DNA of 63,860 nucleotides, counting the filler, from a bacterium (GTDB taxonomy: Bacteria; JAMOTN01): NCBI GenBank assembly GCA_027062325.1. It is 6 parts of 6 records of this genome, joined end to end, with 100 filler letters (N's around TTAATTAATTAA, not from the genome) between each part and the next. Parts side by side here need not be neighbours in the genome. Positions count along the whole stretch, not along the records: positions 11,976 to 38,209 come from JAMOTN010000038.1; 5 more parts are not named here. One strand, 5' to 3'. The notes under the pieces are model-generated. The model was not told where the DNA came from and ran no database searches. It saw nothing but the letters and a program-made list of their open reading frames with translations. Below, in pieces: positions 25,268 through 34,276 of the stretch; position 1 is the stretch's first letter; every line of letters starts with the position of its first letter. The translations under genes and the position numbers were made by a program.

Positions 25268-27820
25268 GTGTCTGATACAAGATGGCAGATTTTCGAATAC
25301 TTGCATCAAGTTAGAGAGGTTTTAGGAAGGCCTTTTTTCTTGGAGTTAAAGCTTACCAATTACTCAGAACCTTTGATAATTTCGTCAGGGAAGTGTACAG
25401 CTTGTGAAAGAGAATGTTCCGTGGTAGGAGATCAAAAAGAAGCAGAGATTTTGAAAAGGAAGAATGTTTCTCTTGTTTACTGTACTTACGGTTTGAAAGA
25501 TGAGGAGAAAAATAGGTTTAGAGTTGCGGGGAATATATTGTTGGATTTGATTGTTCTTTCGATGGAGGTTGTCACAACTGAAGAGAGGGAGAAAATAAGA
25601 AAAATTCTTGAATCAGTTAAAGTTTTGATCCGAAAGGTTGGTAATCTTGGTGAACTTTTAATTGAGGCTATTGAGATCATAGCTTCTGTGTTGGATGTTG
25701 GCAGAGTTTCCATAATGCTTTACGATGAGAAGGAAGATGTGTTGAAAATATATGCAGCTAGGGGATTACCTGCTGATGTTGTAAGAAAGGTGCGAGTTAA
25801 ATTAGGAGAAGGAATATCTGGGAAAGTTGCGGCAAGCGGCAGAAGTTTGTTTGTTGTTGATATTGAAAAGGATCCTCGTTTTTCAAGTGGAAACAAACCT
25901 TACTATCAGACTAGATCTTTTGTTTCTGTTCCTTTAATAGGTGAAAGTAAAGTAGTTGGGGTTGTAAATGTTTCTGAGAAGCGAGGAGACGGACTTTTAA
26001 CTCGAGTTGATCTTGAGGTTGTTGAGTTTTTATCTAACATAGTTGCAACTTTGATAGATAGAACTTTCCTTCATGCTGAGTTGCGACATAAACAGGAAAA
26101 GCTTTCTGAGATGCTCAAACTTTACGAGGATATGTATGATTTGCTTTCAAAAATGCTCTCTATTACTAATACAATTTTTATGTTTTTGTCAAAGCCTGTT
26201 GAAGATTTAATGAAAAAGATTGCGGAAATTTTATTAACTTCTTTTGGTTTAGATGTTATGGTTGTTGCTTTGGGGCAGGATTTTAAAAATAGAATGTTTG
26301 TTTCCAATGAGGAATTGAAGCCTATTTTTGCAAGAACGTTGACTCCCGAATTTCTAAAAAAGATTTCGTTTATATCTGAAGTTGTGGTTATAAATTGTAG
26401 TTCTAAGGGATATGAATTCAATCCTGTGATAAACAGCCTGATATTTGAGAGCACTATGGAGGCTTTGGTAAACGAGACAGGATACAAATCCTGGATGGTA
26501 GTGCCGTTGATATATCAGGGTGAAAAGTATGGATTCATATTTATGGCACGCAACAATAAGTTTGAAGTAAAAGATAAGGAGTTTGGAGAGAGTTTGACAA
26601 AGCAGTTAACTATAGCTTTGTACAACTTCAAACTTCAAGAGGAGTCGGTAAAAGTCCAGGTTTTCCAAAGAGAGCTGGAGTTGGGTAGAAAAATCCAGCA
26701 GAGTATGTTTCCAGTGGATTATATAGAAGGTGAATATCTCAACAACTATGCTGTTAATATTCCGGCAAAAGTTGTTGGAGGGGATTATTACGATTGGTTT
26801 GAGGATAGAAATGGGGATCATGTTTTTATGGTAGCTGACGTTTCTGGTAAAGGAATATCTAGTGCGTTGATGGTCAGTGAAATAAGGGCTTTGCTTCATG
26901 CGTATAGAAAGAGTGTTGATAGCTTAAGTGGAGTTGTTAAGTTTTTAAATGAGTACTTTGTAGAGTTCAGGGATAAGATGAAACGTAATCTATTCTTTAC
27001 GGCATTTTTGAGTAAGATAATTAGAAATGAAAACAAGTTAAGATTTGTAAGAGCAGGGCATAATCCTGCCATAGTGGTTTACAGAGATGGAAGTGTAAAA
27101 GTTTTGGATACACCGGGAATGTTAGTTGGGACATTCGGTGGCATAGATTGGCCAGAAGATGATGTTAGTTTAGATGGAATAACCAAACTCGTTATGTATA
27201 CTGATGGAATTACTGAGGCTTTTGATGTTAATGGTAAAGAATATGGGCTGGATAACCTTATTAGAGTTTTAGAAAAGGTTGTTGAAGAAGATGCTGAAGA
27301 GTCTGTAGATCGTGTTATGTATGATGTTAAGCAGTTTACAGCGGGAGCTGAGCAGAGTGATGATATAACTGTTCTAATAGTGGACTTTAAAAGAAAAGTT
27401 TTGAAGGAAAGGGTTATTCAAACAGACGAAGTGAAGATAGCTCAGCTTATTGAGGAGATAGCAGAGGATGCTAGGAAAAATGGAGTGACTGGTAAAGAGT
27501 TTGATTATTTTATTTTGGTTATGGATGAGTTGCTTGCCAATGCAGCAGAGCATGGAAATGCTTTCAATCCTGAAAAATCCATATATGTGAAGTGGTTGGC
27601 TACAGAAAATAAATTTGAGTTTATGGTTAAAGATGATGGATTAGGTTTGAATCCTGAAAAATTGCATAATCTTACCATAAGTCCTATGGCAAGCCGTGGT
27701 AGGGGATTGTACATAGTGGACAATTTGGTTAATAAGTTTTATGTAGCAAGTGATGGATATGTGAAAGCGGTAAGATACTTTTGGTTACCTTCGGGAATAA
27801 AAATTTATCGTCCTCAGTAA
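25268..27820 (+). CDS. GAF-GAF-SpoIIE/RsbU PP2C phosphatase fused to RsbW-like HATPase
   Basis: GAF (GEGISGKVA, SFVSVPL); PP2C VGGDYYD, ADVSGKG, AGHNP, YTDGITEA, DDIT; HATPase DELLANAAEHGN, DDGLG, GRGLYIV. Confidence 0.9.
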   Translation: MSDTRWQIFEYLHQVREVLGRPFFLELKLTNYSEPLIISSGKCTACERECSVVGDQKEAEILKRKNVSLVYCTYGLKDEEKNRFRVAGNILLDLIVLSMEVVTTEEREKIRKILESVKVLIRKVGNLGELLIEAIEIIASVLDVGRVSIMLYDEKEDVLKIYAARGLPADVVRKVRVKLGEGISGKVAASGRSLFVVDIEKDPRFSSGNKPYYQTRSFVSVPLIGESKVVGVVNVSEKRGDGLLTRVDLEVVEFLSNIVATLIDRTFLHAELRHKQEKLSEMLKLYEDMYDLLSKMLSITNTIFMFLSKPVEDLMKKIAEILLTSFGLDVMVVALGQDFKNRMFVSNEELKPIFARTLTPEFLKKISFISEVVVINCSSKGYEFNPVINSLIFESTMEALVNETGYKSWMVVPLIYQGEKYGFIFMARNNKFEVKDKEFGESLTKQLTIALYNFKLQEESVKVQVFQRELELGRKIQQSMFPVDYIEGEYLNNYAVNIPAKVVGGDYYDWFEDRNGDHVFMVADVSGKGISSALMVSEIRALLHAYRKSVDSLSGVVKFLNEYFVEFRDKMKRNLFFTAFLSKIIRNENKLRFVRAGHNPAIVVYRDGSVKVLDTPGMLVGTFGGIDWPEDDVSLDGITKLVMYTDGITEAFDVNGKEYGLDNLIRVLEKVVEEDAEESVDRVMYDVKQFTAGAEQSDDITVLIVDFKRKVLKERVIQTDEVKIAQLIEEIAEDARKNGVTGKEFDYFILVMDELLANAAEHGNAFNPEKSIYVKWLATENKFEFMVKDDGLGLNPEKLHNLTISPMASRGRGLYIVDNLVNKFYVASDGYVKAVRYFWLPSGIKIYRPQ

Positions 27821-27840
27821 GTGGTAATTATATCAGGGGG

Positions 27841-28203
27841 GTGGAGAGGCTGAGACAAGAAAGCGTTAACTTACCTGTTGAATTAAAAGAGGTAATCGAT
27901 TTATTGGATGAGCTTAAAGTTGAGAATATAGATATATACAATGTGAGAAAGGGTTTTCCTTTTGCAGATTATTTTATAATAGGGACTGCTTTGAGTAAGA
28001 CACATTTGAAAGCTGTATCTGATAAATTCTGGGAGAGATTTAAGGGAGATATTGTTGGGGAAGATGGAGAGCCTCAGAGTGGTTGGATAATTATAGATGT
28101 GCGAGGAGCTTGGGTTCATGTATTTTTAGAGGATATGAGAAAGTATTACTCTTTGGAAGAGTTGTGGAGTAAAGAGTTTATGGAAGAGCAGTATTATGAT
28201 TGA
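27841..28203 (+). CDS. rsfS: Ribosome silencing factor (Iojap)
   Basis: K.ENI...V....ADYFIIGT..S..H, GWIIID, VHVF...R.YYSLEELW. Start is likely GTG 27841 or slightly downstream (ORF track gives 27781). Confidence 0.9.
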   Translation: MERLRQESVNLPVELKEVIDLLDELKVENIDIYNVRKGFPFADYFIIGTALSKTHLKAVSDKFWERFKGDIVGEDGEPQSGWIIIDVRGAWVHVFLEDMRKYYSLEELWSKEFMEEQYYD

Positions 28204-28219
28204 TCAGTGACAATGTTTT

Positions 28220-29050
28220 TTGAGGAGTTTGAGTGAGGATATGGTTGCGTCAATGAAGTTGAAAGTTGGCGTCTTCGATTCTGGCTTGGGTGGTTTAACG
28301 GTAGCGAGGAGAATTGTAAAATTGGGTTGCGATGTTGTTTATCTTGGAGATACTGCTCGTATTCCTTATGGCACTAAATCTGAGCGTTTTGTGAAGAAGT
28401 ACTCTTACCACGCTTTGTCTTTTTTATTTGATGAGGACGTAGATTTGTTTGTGATAGCTTGCCATACGGCTTCTTCGGTGGCAGGTGAATGGTTAAAAGA
28501 AGTGTTTAAGGTGCCAATTTTCACTATGATTGACATGGTTAATGAATTGAAGTTTTTGAAAGGAGACTCTCCGGAATCGGTGTTGATTATAGGTACGGAG
28601 GCGACAGTGAATAGTGGATGTTATGCAGAGCTACTCAATGCTAGTGGGAAGATAGTTTATCAGAAAGCAACTCCTGTACTTGTTTCTATGGCAGAAGAAG
28701 GAGTATTTGACAACGAAGTTTTAAATGCAGTGTTTAATTATTATTTTCGAGGCTATATTGGAAAAGTAGAGGCAATATTACTAGGATGTACCCACTTTCC
28801 ACTTTATGAAAAGCAAATCTCTGAATACTTTGAAAACAGCGGAAGTCCTGTCAATGTTTTGGATCCAGCGGTTGGAATTTCAGAATTGTTTTTTAAAAAA
28901 GGATATTTGAATGAAGAAGAAGTAACTTCATTTGGAAAGATAAGGTGTTATTTTACAGACTCTTATCAAAATATATATTCTAAAATTTCAAATTTTCTCC
29001 AGGATATGAGTTTTTCTCTAGATAGTGTGGAGTTTATATCGCTTGATTAG
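28220..29050 (+). CDS. murI: Glutamate racemase
   Basis: GVFDSGLGGLTV, GDTARIPYGTKS, IACHTAS, LGCTHFP. True start is probably 28241 or 28253. Confidence 0.93.
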   Translation: MRSLSEDMVASMKLKVGVFDSGLGGLTVARRIVKLGCDVVYLGDTARIPYGTKSERFVKKYSYHALSFLFDEDVDLFVIACHTASSVAGEWLKEVFKVPIFTMIDMVNELKFLKGDSPESVLIIGTEATVNSGCYAELLNASGKIVYQKATPVLVSMAEEGVFDNEVLNAVFNYYFRGYIGKVEAILLGCTHFPLYEKQISEYFENSGSPVNVLDPAVGISELFFKKGYLNEEEVTSFGKIRCYFTDSYQNIYSKISNFLQDMSFSLDSVEFISLD

Positions 29051-29079
29051 GCACTTTTAATTGGCAGAGGGATGGAGTT

Positions 29080-29715
29080 ATGCGGTTTAGTGGTTTTAGT
29101 GTGGTGAAAGTTATCTCGGTATTGGTATTATACGGAGGATTAATAGGGTCAGGGATTTGGATTTACACCTTTCATGTTACTTGTCCACTTGGGGAGATGC
29201 ATGTTGCATGGGAGTGCTTTGAAGGTAGTGCAAACTTTACTTTGGGAGCTGCAGCGTTGTTATTGATGATTTATTGGTTACTTGTGGAGTTTTTCTATCC
29301 CAAAACCTTTTGCTCTATTTGTCCGCTGGGAAATGCTGTTAGATGTTGCCGGGTTGAATTTAAAGGTTGGAGGGAGAAATTGTATTTTTCTTTTAGAAGA
29401 GTTTTTTCTCTGATTGGATGGATAGCGTTGGTCTTTTTTGTCGTGTTTTCTTACAAATTGTATTGTCAATACATGTGTCCACTAAATGCACTTTACACGA
29501 TAGGTTTAATGATTGGTTTGGAAGCTTTTGATTTGAGTGTTTTTTTAAAAGTGGTTGGAATTTTACTAAGCTTAGTGATTTTAAAGTTTATTTTTAGTTA
29601 TAGAGCATTGTGTATAAACGGTATGTGTCCTGTTGAGAAGATTTGGAGGATGATATGGTGGTTCAGGAATTTCATGTGTAGTAAGGGAGGAGTAAGGTGT
29701 GGAGAAAAATATTGA
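29080..29715 (+). CDS. Membrane protein with NapH/YccM-type Cys-Pro motifs (putative 4Fe-4S binding)
   Basis: TCPLG, FCSICPLG, YCQYMCPLNAL, LCINGMCPV between transmembrane segments. Confidence 0.6.
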   Translation: MRFSGFSVVKVISVLVLYGGLIGSGIWIYTFHVTCPLGEMHVAWECFEGSANFTLGAAALLLMIYWLLVEFFYPKTFCSICPLGNAVRCCRVEFKGWREKLYFSFRRVFSLIGWIALVFFVVFSYKLYCQYMCPLNALYTIGLMIGLEAFDLSVFLKVVGILLSLVILKFIFSYRALCINGMCPVEKIWRMIWWFRNFMCSKGGVRCGEKY

Positions 29716-30232
29716 TAATGTAGTTGAATTGGTGTCAAATAGTGATAATAAAGCTGGCGGTGGTTTTGTTGTTGGGTATGTTTTGTACCTCGCGGTTGGT
29801 TTAACAAGAATGGTGCTTGACATAATGAAGAAAAGAGGGAAAAGTGTAGGAGAAGTTTTGCAGGTTTTATCTTTTATTGAGAGTAGAGTTTTGGAGATTT
29901 CATATAAAGATTGGAAATTTTTCTCAGAATTTATGAGGACAAAGGATAAGAGACTATTAGAAAAGGATTTTGAAGAATTAGTGAATGCTCAAATTGACTT
30001 ATTTGAAAATTTGTTTGATGTAGTTGATTTTTTAGTGGAAAAGGCTCCTAAAAGTGTGGGGAGTGATGTGTGGTACATAACAAGTTTGATTTGGAGCAGC
30101 GCTAATGTGACTTACAAAAATACACTTTACAACTTTAAGTACTATAAGAATATGGCGAAACTTAAAAGTAGGCTTGAGAATTTTAAACAAAAGTTTGAAA
30201 AATTGTCGGAAGTTGTGTTAAAACTTCACTGA
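29699..30232 (+). CDS. Hypothetical protein, 177 aa
   Basis: RBS GGAGG, overlaps the upstream stop, fills an operon-like gap. Confidence 0.65.
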   Translation: MEKNIDNVVELVSNSDNKAGGGFVVGYVLYLAVGLTRMVLDIMKKRGKSVGEVLQVLSFIESRVLEISYKDWKFFSEFMRTKDKRLLEKDFEELVNAQIDLFENLFDVVDFLVEKAPKSVGSDVWYITSLIWSSANVTYKNTLYNFKYYKNMAKLKSRLENFKQKFEKLSEVVLKLH

Positions 30233-30257
30233 TTTTGTGTGGAGGAAGGTGCCTTTT

Positions 30258-31832
30258 ATGAAGATAATATTCTGCACTGGCGGAGTAATGTCTTCTTTGG
30301 GGAAGGGAATTACTATAGCTTCGCTAGCAATGCTACTCAAATCTAGAGGATACAGGGTTACCGTTTTAAAATGTGATCCGTATCTTAATGTTGATGCTGG
30401 TACTATGAGCCCTTATCAGCATGGTGAAGTGTTTGTAACTTTTGATGGTGCGGAGACAGATCTTGATTTAGGTCATTACGAGAGGTTTTTGAATGAGAAT
30501 TTGTCGGGTGTGAATAATCTTACGAGCGGTAAGGTTTACTGGGAGATAATAGCACGTGAGAGAAGAGGTGAATACTTGGGGGCTACTGTGCAGGTTGTGC
30601 CTCATGTAGTTGATTTGATAAAAGAGAAGATTTACTCTTTTGAGGCAACTGGAGTTGATTTTCTACTTGTTGAGATTGGTGGGACTGTGGGGGATATTGA
30701 GGGATTGCCATTCTTGGAGGCAGCGCGCCAAATTTTGAATGAAAGGGAGAAAGATGCGGCTACATTGCACGTGAGTTATGTTCCATTTTTAGAAACAAGT
30801 GGAGAGTTTAAAACCAAGCCAACTCAGCACAGTGTAAAAGAGCTTCTTGGATTGGGAATAAAGCCTACATTTTTGGTAGCAAGGGCTAAGTACAGATTTG
30901 ATGATGTTGTTGCTGATAAACTTGCTAAGTTTTGCAATGTAAAAAAAGAGAGGGTATTCATAGCTTACGATGCTCCATCAATATACGAAGTGCCTATGAT
31001 TCTGGAAGAGCAAGGCTTGGCTAAAAAAGTTCTTGAGTACTTTGGGGAGGGATTTGGAGAGCTTGGGAATTATTTTAAAAAATGGAGAGAGTTTACTTTG
31101 CAGTACAACGAACTTAAGAGAGAGGAGAACAAAAAAAGAGTTGCCATAGTTGGCAAGTATGTTGATTTACCAGATGCTTATCTTAGTGTGAGTGAAGCTT
31201 TAATACACGCTTCGGTTGCAGAGAAGAAACCTATTAATGTAGATTTTATTTCTTCAGAAAGGGAAGATCTTAAATCAGTTTTGAGTAAATATGATGGAAT
31301 TGTTATACCCGGGGGATTCGGGGATCGAGGGGTTGAAGGTAAAATAATGGCTATTAGGTTTGCCAGAGAGAATGATGTACCGCTTTTGGGACTATGCTTG
31401 GGAATGCAGTGTATTCTGATAGAGTTTGCAAGGAACGTTTTGGGATATTCTAATGCAAACAGCACAGAGTTTACCAAAGAGTGTGTTCCCGTAGTTGATA
31501 GACTAGTTGAATATGATGCTTCTACCAAAGGTGGGACCATGCGTTTAGGTGCTTTTCCAGTTAAGATTGTCGATGATTACCTGAAGAGGATATACTCTGG
31601 AGATCTCATTTATGAAAGACACCGACATCGCTATGGCTACAACAACATTTTCAGAGATGAGTTTGAAAGAAAGGGATTGCTTGTTGCAGCAGTAAGTGTT
31701 GATGAAAGGATTGTGGAAGCAATTGTGTTGCCAGATAAGAGATTTTTTGTAGGAGTACAATATCATCCGGAATTTGCAAGTAGGCCACTTGAGGCACATC
31801 CTCTATTTGTTGAGTTTGTGAGGAGACTGTGA
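30258..31832 (+). CDS. pyrG: CTP synthase
   Basis: TGGVMSSLGKG, DPYLNVDAGTMSPYQHGE, KTKPTQHSV, GLCLGMQ, ERHRHRY, QYHPEF. ATG 30258 follows GGAGG. Confidence 0.98.
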   Translation: MKIIFCTGGVMSSLGKGITIASLAMLLKSRGYRVTVLKCDPYLNVDAGTMSPYQHGEVFVTFDGAETDLDLGHYERFLNENLSGVNNLTSGKVYWEIIARERRGEYLGATVQVVPHVVDLIKEKIYSFEATGVDFLLVEIGGTVGDIEGLPFLEAARQILNEREKDAATLHVSYVPFLETSGEFKTKPTQHSVKELLGLGIKPTFLVARAKYRFDDVVADKLAKFCNVKKERVFIAYDAPSIYEVPMILEEQGLAKKVLEYFGEGFGELGNYFKKWREFTLQYNELKREENKKRVAIVGKYVDLPDAYLSVSEALIHASVAEKKPINVDFISSEREDLKSVLSKYDGIVIPGGFGDRGVEGKIMAIRFARENDVPLLGLCLGMQCILIEFARNVLGYSNANSTEFTKECVPVVDRLVEYDASTKGGTMRLGAFPVKIVDDYLKRIYSGDLIYERHRHRYGYNNIFRDEFERKGLLVAAVSVDERIVEAIVLPDKRFFVGVQYHPEFASRPLEAHPLFVEFVRRL

Positions 31833-31863
31833 GAGTTTAGATGATAAGTAAGAGGCACTGGGT

Positions 31864-32727
31864 ATGCGTGAGAAATTTAGAGTTGAATTAACGTTTGTGA
31901 TTGTACAAGTTTTCTTCTTGCTCATAACTTCAAGGGCTGGTAGTTTACCACCTTCAAAAGAAATAGTTGATTTTGGCCTTGTAAGGTTTGACATAGTAAT
32001 GTTGTTACATCCATTGATGTGGAATTTTGATGTTGCTAATTTGCGTTTTGTGAAGGCTGAGGTAGGGATGGAGATATACAAAAAGTATGAAGCTTATATA
32101 AGTGAGATAGAAAAACTGGAAAAGCAGAAAGAGGCTCTGACGGTAAAACTAAAACTTTACTATTCAGAAAAACAGATTCCATCAGAGGTTGTGATGGCTT
32201 TAAAAGATATAGATGAAAAGATGAAAGCTCTTAATGAAAAATACCTAGATAACTATGTTTCTTGGGAAGATTCCTATTGGAGAATGAGATTTGTGGTTAC
32301 AAGTGCTCTTGAAGTTGTAAGAGCGGTTGAAAGTATGTTGAATGTGAAAATGCTTCTTATAAACCATTGGTTACCGGAACCTGCAAAAAGTATTCAAGGG
32401 AGAGATGGATTTTGCAAAGGACCAGTATTATGCTTTGAATTGCTCAGGGATTTTAATAAGTTGTATTTAAATAATTCATTCAGTAGAGGAGTAAAGCACT
32501 CGACTTACTTGGGGGTTGTAGATTTGACACCAACAGTTATTGCCAAGATGAAGTCATTCACCTTTTGGTCTTTTTTAAATAGGGAAATCGAGTCTTTTTA
32601 TAAACAGCTTTACTCGAAATTTGATGTTAAGAGTTGTTATTTTTTGGAAGAAGTTTTAGACGAAGGGTTAGATAGTTTTAAGAAAAGATTTTTAAAGAAA
32701 GAAAATGATTTAAAAGGAGATGAATGA
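31864..32727 (+). CDS. Exported hypothetical protein, weakly OmpH/Skp-like
   Basis: Signal-like N-terminus, FGLVRFDIVMLLHP, coiled coil, DLTPTVIAKM. Confidence 0.5.
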   Translation: MREKFRVELTFVIVQVFFLLITSRAGSLPPSKEIVDFGLVRFDIVMLLHPLMWNFDVANLRFVKAEVGMEIYKKYEAYISEIEKLEKQKEALTVKLKLYYSEKQIPSEVVMALKDIDEKMKALNEKYLDNYVSWEDSYWRMRFVVTSALEVVRAVESMLNVKMLLINHWLPEPAKSIQGRDGFCKGPVLCFELLRDFNKLYLNNSFSRGVKHSTYLGVVDLTPTVIAKMKSFTFWSFLNREIESFYKQLYSKFDVKSCYFLEEVLDEGLDSFKKRFLKKENDLKGDE

Positions 32728-33077
32728 GGATGAATGGTGGAAAAAGAAGAAGGATTTTACCTGTGATCGGTGAGAGGACTCATCAAATTCATGCGGATAT
32801 TGTTACCTTGGCGTTTAACAACTATAATATGCGATTTCATGCTTTTACTGTGGATGCAAGAACTGAAAGACTACTGGCAACTGCTACAGGAGATGTAGAA
32901 TTGGAGCCTGAAGTTATACTCTTTTTTAATCCAGAAGTTTTTGCTTCAACAATTGTTGTTATGTTGGATACGCTTAAGAATTATCTACACAGTAAAGATT
33001 TAGAGTTTGATGAGCCAATGAAGAATACTTTACGGCAGTTGAAAAGCAAGATAGAAGAACTGCTGGAAGAAAAGTGA
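32724..33077 (+). CDS. Hypothetical protein, 117 aa (possibly DUF3467-like)
   Basis: ATGA overlap with the upstream gene; weak pattern similarity only. Confidence 0.55.
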   Translation: MRMNGGKRRRILPVIGERTHQIHADIVTLAFNNYNMRFHAFTVDARTERLLATATGDVELEPEVILFFNPEVFASTIVVMLDTLKNYLHSKDLEFDEPMKNTLRQLKSKIEELLEEK

Positions 33078-33104
33078 TGTGAGATTGGAATTGATGTAGA
33101 GCTA

Positions 33105-34256
33105 TTGGAGGTGAATGTTTTGGATTTGCCGAAGATTTTTGTAAAAAGTACAGTGCCGTTTACACCGTGGATATATTCTACCTCTGTTGAAAATGGACAC
33201 GAAGAAGATTCGGCTGAGGTTTTGGTAGAGAGAAAGGATGGAGAAGTATTTGGTACGGCGATGGTAACTGGAAGTGATAAACTGAGATATCGCATCCACA
33301 CACCTTTTTCTGAGCAAAGACTGAGCGATATATGGAAGGATAGAGTTATTCAAAATCTTGAGCTTAATAAAAAGTTGGTAAAAGGTGATGCTTTTAGAGC
33401 CGTTTTTTCTGAAGCAAGTTGGTTACCAGGTTTGGTTATTGATGTTTATGGTCCGTATGTTGTGGTTGAGTTGACTGTAAAATGGTGGGAAAAGTTTGAG
33501 AAAGACATTGTAGATCTGCTTATGAACGAGGGTTACAGCGGAGTTTACGTAAGAAGATTTATGGAATTGACGGGACAAGAGGTTTATGGGGAGATTGAAC
33601 CTGTTGTGGTTGAACAATACGGAGTTAAGTTTAAAGTTGATATATTGAATTCTCAGAAGACAGGATTATTCTTGGATCAACGTATGAATCGTATTGTGGC
33701 AGCGCGCCTTTCAAAAAGTTTATTTGGTGAGGGATTTACTTGTCTTGATGTATTTTCAAATACTGGTGGATTCGGACTTTACATGTTGAAAGAAGGGGCA
33801 AAGCATGTTACTTTCGTTGATTCTGTTAAAAGAGTTTTAGAGGCTGCTCGTGAAAATGTTGAGTTAAATGGATTTGGTTTGGAAAAGTGTAGCTTTGAAA
33901 AGATTAATGTTGTGCGAAGTGCTGAAAAGCTTTCTCAAAAAAGTTACGATGTGGTGGTTCTTGATCCTCCAGCGTTTGCTAAAAAAAGAGGAGATTTAGA
34001 AGCTGCAAAGAAGGCGTATCTCAGGGTTAATATTGAGGGAATGAAGAGAGTTAAAAGGGGAGGCTTGTTGGTAACTTGTAGTTGCTCTGGAGTGCTTTCA
34101 AGGTTTGAGTTTAGAAAACTTATTTCTAAGGCTTTAAGAAAGGCTAGGAGAATTGGCAATATTTTATATGAAGGAAGAGCAGATATGGATCATCCTTCAA
34201 ATCCTTATATTCCGGAAACTGATTACTTGAAATGTCTTATTTTGCGTATTTTTTAG
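33105..34256 (+). CDS. Class I SAM-dependent rRNA methyltransferase, RlmI family
   Basis: PWIY, LPGLVIDVY, QKTGLFLDQR.NR, LDVFSNTGGF, VVLDPPAF, TCSCS, DHP, PETDYLK. Confidence 0.9.
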   Translation: MEVNVLDLPKIFVKSTVPFTPWIYSTSVENGHEEDSAEVLVERKDGEVFGTAMVTGSDKLRYRIHTPFSEQRLSDIWKDRVIQNLELNKKLVKGDAFRAVFSEASWLPGLVIDVYGPYVVVELTVKWWEKFEKDIVDLLMNEGYSGVYVRRFMELTGQEVYGEIEPVVVEQYGVKFKVDILNSQKTGLFLDQRMNRIVAARLSKSLFGEGFTCLDVFSNTGGFGLYMLKEGAKHVTFVDSVKRVLEAARENVELNGFGLEKCSFEKINVVRSAEKLSQKSYDVVVLDPPAFAKKRGDLEAAKKAYLRVNIEGMKRVKRGGLLVTCSCSGVLSRFEFRKLISKALRKARRIGNILYEGRADMDHPSNPYIPETDYLKCLILRIF

Positions 34257-34276
34257 CACCTCTCAGGAGGAGATGT

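Noticed and set aside
29049-29067. Possible sigma54 promoter (AGGCAC...TTGGC) upstream of the NapH-like gene
   Set aside because: The required GG-N10-GC spacing is not met.
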